Positions 20,263 through 31,975 are shown, numbered from the stretch's first letter. The stretch is DNA of 64,000 bases from Gammaproteobacteria bacterium (GCA_965222155.1 CBDCTH010000004.1:352001-416000); one strand, 5' to 3'. Notes: generated by a model not told the origin, from the sequence alone. A program made the numbers and translations.

Positions 20263-20310
20263 TGCACTATCGTTGTGCAATCCACCTGTTTTCTGCACGT
20301 TATGGGTGCA
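20263..20310. promoter_or_regulatory. Two NtrC binding boxes (TGCAC-N7-GTGCA), 31 bp apart
   Basis: TGCACTATCGTTGTGCA at 20263-20279 and TGCACGTTATGGGTGCA at 20294-20310. Confidence 0.8.
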
Positions 20311-20346
20311 ACGACAACAAACGCCTGCGCCGACACATTACCAAAA

Positions 20347-20535
20347 TGGATACCGGGTCAAGCCCGGTATGGTGACGGAGTTACCTGCCGGACAGGGCAA
20401 ACGCATACTTTTGAATTCAGATGTTTTTGCCCGATTCTGTCATTCTGGCGCAGGCCAGAATCCAGTGAATAACCCTTCATTACCCTGAGCCTGCGCTGTT
20501 GTTTGACTGGATGCTGGCATTCGCCAGCATGACGG
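20347..20535. repeat. REP family-2 palindromes (GTCAT..palindrome..ATCCAG type)
   Basis: TGGATACCGGGTCAAGCCCGGTATG, GTCATTCTGGCGCAGGCCAGAATCCAG, CTGGATGCTGGCATTCGCCAGCATGAC. Confidence 0.75.
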
Positions 20536-20623
20536 GCGGTGTTGTCCGGTTGGTTTCCTGTCTTCTGCAACAGAATCCAAAAGTATGCGGTTGCCCTGAC
20601 CTGCCGGAGGATAAACCATGGTT

Positions 20624-20640
20624 TGGCATGATATATGCAT
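20624..20640 (+). promoter_or_regulatory. Sigma54 (-24/-12) promoter
   Basis: TGGCATGATATATGCAT; GG and GC correctly spaced; upstream of the nitrogen operon. Confidence 0.8.
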
Positions 20641-20688
20641 ACGATTACAGTAGATATGATTAACGCAAAATAGTCCGGAGTGAAAAAC

Positions 20689-21402
20689 ATGCGAAAAACG
20701 ATTATTAATTTGGGCATCCTCATACTTTCCATATGTTCTGCAAACGCATCGGCAGAAGATTCACCGCACCAGTTCAGCGGCAACGTGGCGCTGGTGACCG
20801 ATTATCTTTACCGGGGCATTTCCCAGACCAGTGAGAAAGCGGCTGTCCAGGGCGGCATGGATTATTCGCATGGGCCATCCGGGTTTTACCTGGGTACCTG
20901 GGCCTCCAACGTGGATTTTGCCGAGGATCTGGAAATCGACGTCTACGGCGGCATTTCGGGTGAACTCGCCGGCGGTCTCAGTTGGGACGTAGGGGGTCTC
21001 TATTATATTTACCCCAGTTCCGATGCCCAGCCGGAAGAGAACTTCGTAGAAGTATACGCCAGCACCGGCTACACCTTCCCCGGCGCACTGGAACCCACCG
21101 TGGGCGCCGGCATTGCCTATTCCCCGGACTTTTTTGGTGAAGACGGAGACGGCATCTATCTGAACGGCAGCCTGGACCTGTCGCTGCCTCACGGTTTCGG
21201 CCTGTCGTTTTACGTTGGCTGGCAGGACGTGGAAGGGGACCAGACCACGGGACCGGAAGGCTTCAACTACACCCACTACAGCGTCGGCATCAGTAAAAGC
21301 GTCGGTCCCCTGAGCCTGAGCGCATCCTGGAACGATGCAGATAACGATTGCGGCGGAGAGATATGTGAGGCGCTTGTGGGCAGTATTTCCATGAGTTTTT
21401 AA
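20689..21402 (+). CDS. TorF-family putative porin
   Basis: Signal peptide, TDYLYRGISQT...AVQGGMDY, GFYLGTWASNV, C-terminal Phe. Confidence 0.85.
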   Translation: MRKTIINLGILILSICSANASAEDSPHQFSGNVALVTDYLYRGISQTSEKAAVQGGMDYSHGPSGFYLGTWASNVDFAEDLEIDVYGGISGELAGGLSWDVGGLYYIYPSSDAQPEENFVEVYASTGYTFPGALEPTVGAGIAYSPDFFGEDGDGIYLNGSLDLSLPHGFGLSFYVGWQDVEGDQTTGPEGFNYTHYSVGISKSVGPLSLSASWNDADNDCGGEICEALVGSISMSF

Positions 21403-21425
21403 GGTATTGCGTGTGGGGGGGAGAT

Positions 21426-21750
21426 ATGAAGTTCGTTTCGGCCATCATCCAGCCGTCAAAACGGAACAACCTGGAACAGGGCCTGGCTGAAATCGGCCTG
21501 CAAGGCATGACAGTCACGGAGGTCAGCGGTATAGGCCAGCAGAAAGGCCATACCGCGATCTATCAGGGAGCGGAATACGTGCTGGATTATTTACCGAAAC
21601 TGAAGATTGACATCGCCGCTGAAGACCGGTTGCTGGATGATGTGATTACGGTAATCATGGAGGCGTGTCAAACGAAAAGAACAGGTGACGGGAAGGTATT
21701 TATTAGCGAACTGGACCAAGTTGTCCGAATACGTACAGGAGAAACTGATA

Positions 21751-21764
<14 letters not shown>
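21426..21764 (+). CDS. glnK: P-II nitrogen regulatory protein (divergent copy)
   Basis: 112 aa; GQQKGHTAIYQGAEY, TGDGKVF, RIRTGE. Confidence 0.85.
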
Positions 21765-23455
<1,691 letters not shown>

Positions 23456-23540
23456 CAGGAAACACAGGCTGCTCCTGGGAATTTGGTAACAAAGGATCAG
23501 AGAGGAACCGGGAGATAAAAAAGAATTGCCGGAGGACTTT

Positions 23541-24836
23541 ATGAAACAACTTAAAATACGCTCGTTGATGGTTCTTGCCGGGCTCATCATCCCTGCAGTC
23601 AGCCTGGCCCAGGACGCACCTGAACTGAACGGCGCCAATACCGCCTGGATCCTGGTATCCACTGCCCTGGTGCTGTTCATGACACTGCCGGGGCTGGCCC
23701 TGTTCTATTCGGGCCTGGTGCGCAGCAAGAACGTCCTGTCCGTGCTCATGCAGTGCTTCACCATCGCCTGCCTGATGTCCATCCTGTGGTTGGTGCTGGC
23801 CTACGGTCTGGCCTTCGGTGACGGCGGCGGGATGAACTCGTTCATCGGAATGGGCAAGATTCTCCTCAGCGGGGTAGGTTGGGACAGCCTCAGCGGCGAT
23901 ATCCCCGAGACCGTATTTTTCATGTTCCAGATGACGTTCGCCATTATCACGCCCGCCCTGATCGTGGGCGGCTTCGCAGAGCGTATGAAATTTTCCGCGG
24001 TACTGTGGTTTTCATGCCTGTGGTTATTGCTGGTGTACGCCCCCGTGTGCCACTGGGTGTGGGGCGGCGGCTGGCTGGGCGATATGGGTTTCATGGACTT
24101 TGCCGGCGGTACGGTGGTGCATATCAACGCCGGTGTGGCTGCGATTGTCGCGGCGATAGTGCTGGGCAATCGCAAAGGTTTCCCCGGCACCGCGATGCCG
24201 CCACACAATATGACCCTGACCGTGGCCGGCGCCTCGATGTTGTGGGTAGGCTGGTTCGGCTTTAACGCCGGCAGCGCCCTGGCCGCCGACGGTAATGCCG
24301 GCATGGCCATGCTGGTCACGCATATCTCCGCGGCGGCAGGTTCCCTGGCCTGGGTTACCTGCGAATGGATCAAACACGGCAAGCCCAGCGTGCTGGGCAT
24401 CGTCACCGGTATGGTGGCGGGGCTGGGCACGATTACCCCGGCGTCGGGATTCGTCGGACCTCTTGGCGGGCTGCTGATTGGCATTTCGGCCGGTGTCGTC
24501 TGTTATTTCGCCACCCAGTACATCAAGCGCGGCCTCAAAATCGATGATTCCCTGGACGTCTTCCCGGTGCACGGGGTCGGCGGCGCACTCGGCACCTTGT
24601 TGACTGCGGTGTTTTTTGCGAGCAGCCTCGGCGGCCCGGCTGAGGCCGGCTACGCGATGGGATCACAGTTTGCGATCCAGGCCGTAGGCGTTGTCGCCAC
24701 CGTCGTGTGGTGCGGCGTAGTCAGCTACATCCTGTTGAAGGTCCTGGACAGCCTCGTCGGCCTGCGCGTGACCTCGGACGAAGAGACCGAGGGCCTGGAC
24801 CTGATATCACACGACGAGCGCGGGTATTCCTTCTAA
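23541..24836 (+). CDS. amtB: Ammonium transporter 2
   Basis: Same Amt motifs; GGAGG RBS before ATG 23541. Confidence 0.95.
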   Translation: MKQLKIRSLMVLAGLIIPAVSLAQDAPELNGANTAWILVSTALVLFMTLPGLALFYSGLVRSKNVLSVLMQCFTIACLMSILWLVLAYGLAFGDGGGMNSFIGMGKILLSGVGWDSLSGDIPETVFFMFQMTFAIITPALIVGGFAERMKFSAVLWFSCLWLLLVYAPVCHWVWGGGWLGDMGFMDFAGGTVVHINAGVAAIVAAIVLGNRKGFPGTAMPPHNMTLTVAGASMLWVGWFGFNAGSALAADGNAGMAMLVTHISAAAGSLAWVTCEWIKHGKPSVLGIVTGMVAGLGTITPASGFVGPLGGLLIGISAGVVCYFATQYIKRGLKIDDSLDVFPVHGVGGALGTLLTAVFFASSLGGPAEAGYAMGSQFAIQAVGVVATVVWCGVVSYILLKVLDSLVGLRVTSDEETEGLDLISHDERGYSF

Positions 24837-24847
24837 TCCGCCTACGT

Positions 24848-24964
24848 CGTCATACCAGCGCATGCCGGTATCCAGTAAAATAAAGAGCCGCTTTAGCGGC
24901 ACATTATTCGACTGGATACCGGGACAAGCCCGGTATGACGGACAAGGGGGACAAGCCCGGTATG
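24848..24964. repeat. Composite REPIN (family 2), copy left of aroE
   Basis: Near-identical direct repeat of 25843-25959. Confidence 0.85.
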
Positions 24965-24998
24965 GCGAACCCCGGCGTGACTGCCATATAATACCCCA

Positions 24999-25811
24999 AT
25001 GGATAATTACGCCGTCATCGGCAACCCGATAGCGCACAGCCTGTCGCCCCGGATCCACGGACTGTTCGCCGCGCAGACAGGGCAGGCGTTAAATTACCGC
25101 GCCATCCTCTCCCATTCCGACGACTTTACCGCCAGCGTCGAGGCATTCAGGCAGGCCGGCGGGCGCGGACTGAACGTCACCCTGCCGTTCAAGGAGCAGG
25201 CCTGGGAATACGTCAACGACAGCAGCGCCCGGGCGAACCGGGTGAGAGCCGTCAACCTGATACGCTTTGACGGCGCGGGCCAGGTTTACGGTGATTCCAC
25301 TGACGGGGCAGGACTGGTGCGCGATCTCGCCGTCAACCAGATGCAAATCAGGCAAAAACGCATCCTGCTGGTAGGCGCCGGCGGAGCAGTCAGAAGTGTA
25401 CTGGGGAGTCTCATAGACGAACAACCGGTGAGTATGACCATCATCAACCGCACCCGGTCCCGGGCGGAACAACTGCTGGAACTGTTTCCCGAAGCCCGGG
25501 GAATGCTCAATGCGCAGGGCTTTGACGAACCGGCAGGCGGCCCCTATGACCTGGTGGTCAACGGCACCTCAGCAGGCCTGGCCGGCCAGCCTTTACCGTT
25601 AGCGGATAGCATACTGGCAGATGGCGCTTGCTGCTATGACATGGCCTACGGCCAGGCGGCGCAGGTATTTCTGGACTGGGCCGCGAACAACGGCGCAGCA
25701 ATAATCAGCGACGGCCTGGGAATGCTGGTGGAACAGGCCGCCGAATCATTCTACCTCTGGCGCGGCATCCGCCCGGATGCGCAACCGGTCATACAAGCCC
25801 TCAGGTCATAA
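24999..25811 (+). CDS. aroE: Shikimate dehydrogenase
   Basis: GNPIAHSLSP, NVTLPFK, GAGGA, DGLGMLVEQAAESF. Confidence 0.95.
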   Translation: MDNYAVIGNPIAHSLSPRIHGLFAAQTGQALNYRAILSHSDDFTASVEAFRQAGGRGLNVTLPFKEQAWEYVNDSSARANRVRAVNLIRFDGAGQVYGDSTDGAGLVRDLAVNQMQIRQKRILLVGAGGAVRSVLGSLIDEQPVSMTIINRTRSRAEQLLELFPEARGMLNAQGFDEPAGGPYDLVVNGTSAGLAGQPLPLADSILADGACCYDMAYGQAAQVFLDWAANNGAAIISDGLGMLVEQAAESFYLWRGIRPDAQPVIQALRS

Positions 25812-25842
25812 AGGCTTAATACACACACCATTGCGCCCCCGC

Positions 25843-25959
25843 CGTCATACCGGCGCATGCCGGTATCCAGTAAAATAAAGAGCCGCTTTAGCGGCACATT
25901 ATTCGACTGGATACCGGGACAAGCCCGGTATGACGGACGAGGGGGACAAGCCCGGTATG
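25843..25959. repeat. Composite REPIN (family 2), copy right of aroE
   Basis: Near-identical direct repeat of 24848-24964. Confidence 0.85.
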
Positions 25960-25976
25960 ACGAGCCCTCAGTAGAA

Positions 25977-27290
25977 CTACAACCCCTGCATCCTGTCCAT
26001 CAGGTCAGGCAGCCAGGTGACCAGGATGGGGAACAGGCACAGCAGGATGATGGTAGCGACCTGTATCGATATGAAAGGAATGATCCCCTGGTAAATATGC
26101 TGGATACGGATCTCTTTCGGGGCCACCGCCTTCAGGTAAAACAGGGAAAAGCCGAAAGGCGGGGTCAGGAAAGACGTTTGCAGGTTGATGGCTATCAGTA
26201 CGGCAAGCCACAACAGGTCGACCCCCGTGGCAGCGGCGATGGGCGCCAGGATAGGAACGACGATAAAACATATCTGGAGAAAATCCAGGAAGAAGCCAAG
26301 GAAGAAGATCAGGAGCATGCTGGCGATGAGAAAGCCCAGTGTGCCGCCGGGCAGGTTGGTCATCACGTTCAGCACCAGGTCGTCGCCGCCCATACCCCGG
26401 AAAACCAACCCGAAAGCAGTGGCGCCGATCAGGATCATAAAGACCATACTGGTCAGGCGGGTGGTCAGCCGCATGGCCTCGCGCAGCCTGTCCAGGGTGA
26501 GTTGCCGGTGCATTGCCGCCAGAACCAGGGCGCCCAGAGCGCCGACCGCAGCCGATTCCGTAGGCGATGCAATACCGAAGAATATCGAGCCCAGCACACC
26601 GACGACCAGGATCAAGGGGGGCAGCAGAGTCAGGAAGACCTTGCGCAGTAAATTATCGTCTGTTTCGGCCTTGATCGTGGGCGCGACTTCCGGCCTGAGC
26701 CAGGCATACACGCTGATGTAGATCAGGAACAAGACCACGAGAAGCAATCCCGGCACAACGGCGCCGATGAACAACCGGCCTACGGGTACGCCAATCACGT
26801 CGCCCAGCAATATCAGGACGATACTCGGGGGGATGATCTGCCCCAGGGTGCCTGCCGCTGCGATAGTGCCGGTTGAAAGTTGCCTGGAATAATTACGTCG
26901 CAGCATGGTGGGCAGCGCAATGATCCCCATGGTGACTACCGTCGCTCCCACAACCCCGGTGGTAGCGGCCAGCAGTGCGCCGACGACAACGACGGAAATG
27001 GCCAACCCGCCGCGCAGCCGGCCGAACAGCAACCCCATCGTTTCCAGCAAGTCCTCCGCCAGTCCGGATTTATCCAGAACGATCCCCATGAAAATGAACA
27101 ACGGGACGGCCAGCAAGGTAAAATTGGTCATAACCCCCCAGATTCGCAGGGGCAGCAAGTGGAAAAAATCAAATCCAAGGAACACCCCGCCGAACAGCAG
27201 CGCAATCGCCCCCAGGGTAAAAGCGACCGGATAGCCCAGCATCAGCAAGACCATCAGGCTCAGGAACATCAGGGCGATCCAGACAGTCAT
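25977..27290 (-). CDS. TRAP transporter large permease (DctM)
   Basis: LAVPLF, GQIIPPSI, PTESAAVG, FLTPPFG. Confidence 0.92.
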   Translation of the reverse strand: MTVWIALMFLSLMVLLMLGYPVAFTLGAIALLFGGVFLGFDFFHLLPLRIWGVMTNFTLLAVPLFIFMGIVLDKSGLAEDLLETMGLLFGRLRGGLAISVVVVGALLAATTGVVGATVVTMGIIALPTMLRRNYSRQLSTGTIAAAGTLGQIIPPSIVLILLGDVIGVPVGRLFIGAVVPGLLLVVLFLIYISVYAWLRPEVAPTIKAETDDNLLRKVFLTLLPPLILVVGVLGSIFFGIASPTESAAVGALGALVLAAMHRQLTLDRLREAMRLTTRLTSMVFMILIGATAFGLVFRGMGGDDLVLNVMTNLPGGTLGFLIASMLLIFFLGFFLDFLQICFIVVPILAPIAAATGVDLLWLAVLIAINLQTSFLTPPFGFSLFYLKAVAPKEIRIQHIYQGIIPFISIQVATIILLCLFPILVTWLPDLMDRMQGL

Positions 27291-27808
27291 CGGTGCTTAC
27301 GGAGGATCAGAGACAGACTTTTCAGGCTCTCACTGACGCCCTGGATGATCAACAGGAAAAAGCCCAGCGGTATCGTCGCCTTCAGGATCCAGCGCAACGG
27401 CAGTCCGCCGGGGTCGGGCGAGCCCTCGGAAAACTGGTAGGCCTGGATTACGAAAGGCCATGAGCTTATTATGATGAGGACACAGAACGGGATCAGGAAC
27501 AGCAGCGAACAGCCCAGGTTGACCCAGGCGCGGCGGTAGTCCGACATGAAACGGCTGCGGTAGACCAGGTCCAGCCGCACATGGTCATCGTGTTTCAGGG
27601 TATAGGCAGCGCCCAACAGGAATATGATCGAAAACAGGTGCCACTCCAACTCCTGGATCGCAATGGACCCGCTCAGAAAGAAATACCTCATCACGACGTC
27701 ATAGGAAACCAGCACCACCAACACCAGTACCAGCCACGCCAACCCCCTCCCGGAGAGTTCACTGAAGCGCTCAATCCTGTCCGACAAACCCTGTATCAGT
27801 TGTTGCAT
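27287..27808 (-). CDS. TRAP transporter small permease (DctQ)
   Basis: YDVVMRY, QELEWH, HVRLD, SPDPGGL. Confidence 0.9.
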   Translation of the reverse strand: MQQLIQGLSDRIERFSELSGRGLAWLVLVLVVLVSYDVVMRYFFLSGSIAIQELEWHLFSIIFLLGAAYTLKHDDHVRLDLVYRSRFMSDYRRAWVNLGCSLLFLIPFCVLIIISSWPFVIQAYQFSEGSPDPGGLPLRWILKATIPLGFFLLIIQGVSESLKSLSLILRKHR

Positions 27809-27833
27809 AACCAACCCATTTTAACCCTTTCTC

Positions 27834-28434
27834 AATTCAGGACACCCATAAATTTGAAGACTCAATCCAGGATAACTTAATTCGGGACACCCATAAATTA
27901 AAACCCTCAATTCAGGACACCCATAAATTAATGGGTGTCCCGGATTTCCATAAATTAATGGGTGTCCCGGATTTCCATAAATTAATGGGTGTCCCGGATT
28001 TCCATAAATTAATGGGTGTCCCGGATTTCCATAAATTAATGGGTGTCCCGGATTTCCATAAATTAATGGGTGTCCCGGATTTCCATAAATTAATGGGTGT
28101 CCCGGATTTCCATAAATTAATGGGTGTCCCGGATTTCCATAAATTAATGGGTGTCCCGGATTTCCATAAATTAATGGGTGTCCCGGATTTCCATAAATTA
28201 ATGGGTGTCCCGGATTTCCATAAATTAATGGGTGTCCCGGATTTCCATAAATTAATGGGTGTCCCGGATTTCCATAAATTAATGGGTGTCCCGGATTTCC
28301 ATAAATTAATGGGTGTCCCGGATTTCCATAAATTAATGGGTGTCCCGGATTTCCATAAATTAATGGGTGTCCCGGATTTCCATAAATTAATGGGTGTCCC
28401 GGATTTCCATAAATTAATGGGTGTCCCGGATTTC
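27834..28434. repeat. Family-1 element: three GGACACCCAT left arms, then 18 perfect 27-bp tandem units ATGGGTGTCCCGGATTTCCATAAATTA plus a partial unit
   Basis: Array 27931-28434 read directly; (28417-27931)/27=18. Confidence 0.95.
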
Positions 28435-28441
28435 TTTGGGC

Positions 28442-29221
28442 TTATTCTAGGGAGTTGGACAGGTTTATGTAATTCGCGACGCTTAATTCGGCTGGTCTTG
28501 CGGAGGGGGGGATATCCAGGTCCTCCAGTTGTGTTGCGGTGAACCAGGGTTTCAGTCCGTTGCTGATTTTTTTACGGCGGGAGGAGAAGGCGGTGCGTAC
28601 CAGTTCGGTAAATTGGTCGAAATTTCGTATCCGGGTTGTTGCCTCGGGTATGACATTCAGCCGGACCATGGCTGAATCGACCTTCGGGCTGGGGCTGAAG
28701 GCTTCAGGTCCCACATCAAACAGTCTTTCCATGCGGCAGCGCGCCTGCACCATGACGCTGAGGCGGCCGTATTCGGGCGTGCCCGCATGGGCGCAGAGTC
28801 GGCCCACAACTTCTTTCTGCAACATGAACACCATCAGGCCGATCTGTTTGAAGCGCAGCAGGTGGAACAGCAGGGGAGTGGAAATGTTGTAGGGCAGGTT
28901 CCCCACCACTTTCAGGCGCTCCGCCGGGAACCTGGTAAAATCAAGCCGCAGCGCGTCCTGCCGAACCAGGTTCAAAGACCCTCTGTCCATGCACCTCTCG
29001 ATCAGGTCGGCAGCCAGGTCCCGATCAATCTCAACCACGTCAAGCCGGCCGATGCTGCTCAGCAGAGGTAGTGTCAGCGCGCCTTTCCCGGGGCCGATTT
29101 CCACGATTCTTTCACCGGGACGCGGGTCGATGGCTTGGATGATTCTCTCAACGACGGTCTCATCGACAAGAAAATGCTGGCCGAAGCGCCTGCGCGCTGG
29201 ATGCAGCCGGGTACTAGCCAT
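28442..29221 (-). CDS. rsmA: 16S rRNA m6,2A dimethyltransferase KsgA
   Basis: FGQHFL, EIGPGKG, GNLPYNIS, PKVDS. Confidence 0.95.
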   Translation of the reverse strand: MASTRLHPARRRFGQHFLVDETVVERIIQAIDPRPGERIVEIGPGKGALTLPLLSSIGRLDVVEIDRDLAADLIERCMDRGSLNLVRQDALRLDFTRFPAERLKVVGNLPYNISTPLLFHLLRFKQIGLMVFMLQKEVVGRLCAHAGTPEYGRLSVMVQARCRMERLFDVGPEAFSPSPKVDSAMVRLNVIPEATTRIRNFDQFTELVRTAFSSRRKKISNGLKPWFTATQLEDLDIPPSARPAELSVANYINLSNSLE

Positions 29222-29235
29222 ATGATAGCGCGCCG

Positions 29236-29517
29236 CTGCCATTCCCGCGGAAGCAGGAATCCAGTGAAACAAGGAGTCGCCCCCGGCTTACGACATGCCG
29301 GGGCAGGCTCCGGCGATACAACATCAGACTGGATGCTGGGTCAAGCCCGGCATGGTGATGAGGGCAACGGCCAACATTCTTGCGCACACTCCCACTGCCA
29401 TTCCTGCGGAAGCAGGAATCCAGTGAAACAAAGAGTCGCCCCCGGCTTACGACATGCCGGGGCAGGCTCTGGCGATACAACATCAGACTGGATGCCGGGT
29501 CAAGCCCGGCATGGTGA
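29236..29517. repeat. Tandemly duplicated ~120-bp composite REPIN (family 2)
   Basis: 29236-29358 and 29395-29517 are near-identical. Confidence 0.85.
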
Positions 29518-29527
29518 CGCCTGACTC

Positions 29528-30520
29528 TCATCTGCGCAGCACCATGTCAACGGCATAGTCGATGGCAGCAACCAGGCTGGTTTCCTCGGCATGGCCGGTA
29601 CCGGCCATGCCGAAGGCCGTGCCGTGGTCGACCGACGTTCTTATGATGGGCAGTCCCAGTGTGATATTCACGGTTTTACCGAAGCCGTGGGATTTCAATA
29701 CCGGCAGGCCCTGGTCATGGTACATGGCGATCACGGCATCCACGTTTTCCAGGGAAGAGGTGGTAAAAGCGGTATCCGCCGGGACCGGGCCGACCAGGTC
29801 CAGACCCGCGCATCTCAATTCATTGATGACCGGGTTGACGATCTCAATCTCCTCAGTGCCCAGGTAGCCCTGCTCGCCGGCGTGGGGATTGATGCCGCAG
29901 ACCAGCAGCCGGGGGGATTCGATGTAGAATTTTGCCCGCATATCAGCGGCAACGACCTCGATGACCTCGCGCAGGCGCCGGCGGGTGATGCGCCCGCTCA
30001 CCTGGTTCAAGGGCAGGTGAGTGGTGACCAGGGCCACCCGCGCAAAGTCGTTTGCCAGCATCATCACCGGCACCGGGTCACCGCAAAGCCCGGCAATGAA
30101 TTCGGTATGCCCGCTGAACGCATGCCCCGCGTCGGCGATCACGGATTTACTGACCGGGCCGGTCACCATGGCGTCGAATTGCCCTGCCATACAAGCCCGA
30201 ACCGCCTGCTCGATGGACGCCAGGACACAATCCGCATTCGCCGGATCCGGCCTGCCGGGCTCGACCTGCTGCGCCAGCGCCTGCCGGATATAACAGCAGT
30301 GCCCCGGCGTATGCGGCGTCGGCTCCGAACCCGGAACGAATTCGGACAGTTCAATGGCCATACCGAGCCGCCGCGCCCGGTCTTCCAGCAGATCCGGATC
30401 ACCGATAACGACAACCTGCGCCGGCAACGGCTGCCGGGCGCTTTTCAGGACGATATCAGGACCGATACCGGCAGGCTCACCCAGAGTCAACACCAACCGG
30501 GGCGGGGGTGATTTCTTCAT
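29528..30520 (-). CDS. pdxA: 4-hydroxythreonine-4-phosphate dehydrogenase
   Basis: GEPAGIGP, GHTEF, NPHAGE, MYHDQG, RTSVDHGTA. Confidence 0.95.
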   Translation of the reverse strand: MKKSPPPRLVLTLGEPAGIGPDIVLKSARQPLPAQVVVIGDPDLLEDRARRLGMAIELSEFVPGSEPTPHTPGHCCYIRQALAQQVEPGRPDPANADCVLASIEQAVRACMAGQFDAMVTGPVSKSVIADAGHAFSGHTEFIAGLCGDPVPVMMLANDFARVALVTTHLPLNQVSGRITRRRLREVIEVVAADMRAKFYIESPRLLVCGINPHAGEQGYLGTEEIEIVNPVINELRCAGLDLVGPVPADTAFTTSSLENVDAVIAMYHDQGLPVLKSHGFGKTVNITLGLPIIRTSVDHGTAFGMAGTGHAEETSLVAAIDYAVDMVLRR

Positions 30521-30540
30521 TTCATCCGTAGATTTGTTAT

Positions 30541-30664
30541 GCCACAGAGGACACAGAGAAGAAATAATACGAATAACAGACAGGACGAATTGATGAACAT
30601 GCAGTCTGTCCACACATAAAAAAAGAATCCCGATTCACTCTGTGATCTCTGTGTCCTCTGTGGC
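30541..30664. repeat. 19-bp perfect inverted repeat GCCACAGAGGACACAGAGA (further REP/MITE-like family)
   Basis: Arms at 30541-30559 and 30646-30664, between surA and pdxA. Confidence 0.85.
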
Positions 30665-30694
30665 TTTCAAATTTTTCTGCAGTTGCATCTTGCT

Positions 30695-31975
30695 TCATGA
30701 ATCCAGTCGATATTCCACGTAAGCCTCATCGCGCATCTGGCGCAGCCAGTCAGTGCGCGCCTCATCCAGTTTGCGCCTGCGAATCGCTTCCCTGGCCCGC
30801 GCCCGCTTGAGATCTTCGGTGCTGTCATGCTCCCTCCGGTCCAGCACCTGGACGACGTGAAAACCGAACTGGGTCCTGAACGGTTCACTGGTAGCGCCGG
30901 GTTCAAGCGAATCCATCACCCGTTGGAACTCAGGTACCAGGTCGCCGGGGTTGACCCAGCCCAGGTCCCCGCCTTGCGCGGCGCTCATGGCATCCACGGA
31001 ATGGGCCTTGGCCAGTTCGGCAAAATCATCTCCACCCTCAATGCGTACTCTCAATTGCTGCAGCCGGCGTAGTGCATCCTCGGGCGTTGTCAACTCATCG
31101 GGCTGGATCAGGATATGCCTGGCATTGGTCTGGGTGACCACAACCTGCTCACTGCTGCGCTTGTCGAGCAGCTTGATGATATGGTAACCGCTGGGGCTCT
31201 TGATAATATCGCTGAGACCGCCTACTTCCATATCGGTGATAAAATCAGCAAACAGCGTCGGGACCTGTCCGGCCTTGCGCCAACCCAGATCACCGCCGTC
31301 CAGCGCCTGCTGGCCGTCGGAGTAAGTGGCAGCCATATTGCTGAAATCGGCGCCCCCTTGAAGCTCACTCAATACTTTATCGGCGGTCTCCCTGGTTTTC
31401 GTGACCTGACGGGTCGAAGCCCCCTCGGTTATCGCAATCAGTATATGGGCGATATGGAATTCAATGTCCGTTTCACCCTGGAATTCCCGGTTCGAAAGAA
31501 AATTTTCGATCTCCCTTTCGGTTACGATTATCCGGTTGTCGACCTGTCGTTGTTGCAGACGTGAAATGAGGATTTCATTGCGTATGTCGTTACGAAAGGT
31601 CTCGTATCCGTAACCGTCACCTTCCAGGATTTCCCTGAACTGGTTGAGATTCAGTTCGTTTTCCGCGGCAATATTGCTGATGGTGCGATTCAGGGTTTCA
31701 TCATCGACCCGTATCCCGGTGTTTTGCGCCGTCTGGATCTGCAACTTCGTCATGATCAGCCGGTCCAGGACCTGCTTTTCCAGGATAGCCTGCGGCGGCA
31801 GAGGAATATTCTGCTCTTGCATCTGCTTTGTCACCGTCTTGATCTTCTCGGCCAGCTCGCTGCGCATGATCACGTCATCATTGATGACCGCAACTATCCG
31901 GTCCAGGTCCTGCACAGCCATGCCCGGGGTGGACAGCAGGACACCGGCGAACAGTATCAGGGCCCGTAGTTTCAT
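30695..31975 (-). CDS. surA: Periplasmic chaperone/PPIase SurA
   Basis: Signal peptide, LDRIVAVIN, two parvulin domains (GGDLGW x2). Confidence 0.95.
   Translation of the reverse strand: MKLRALILFAGVLLSTPGMAVQDLDRIVAVINDDVIMRSELAEKIKTVTKQMQEQNIPLPPQAILEKQVLDRLIMTKLQIQTAQNTGIRVDDETLNRTISNIAAENELNLNQFREILEGDGYGYETFRNDIRNEILISRLQQRQVDNRIIVTEREIENFLSNREFQGETDIEFHIAHILIAITEGASTRQVTKTRETADKVLSELQGGADFSNMAATYSDGQQALDGGDLGWRKAGQVPTLFADFITDMEVGGLSDIIKSPSGYHIIKLLDKRSSEQVVVTQTNARHILIQPDELTTPEDALRRLQQLRVRIEGGDDFAELAKAHSVDAMSAAQGGDLGWVNPGDLVPEFQRVMDSLEPGATSEPFRTQFGFHVVQVLDRREHDSTEDLKRARAREAIRRRKLDEARTDWLRQMRDEAYVEYRLDS

Noticed and set aside
27931-28542. 203-aa ORF (MGVPDFHKL)n
   Set aside because: Translation of a 27-bp DNA repeat; no RBS, overlaps rsmA antisense, and the same core occurs elsewhere in units not divisible by three
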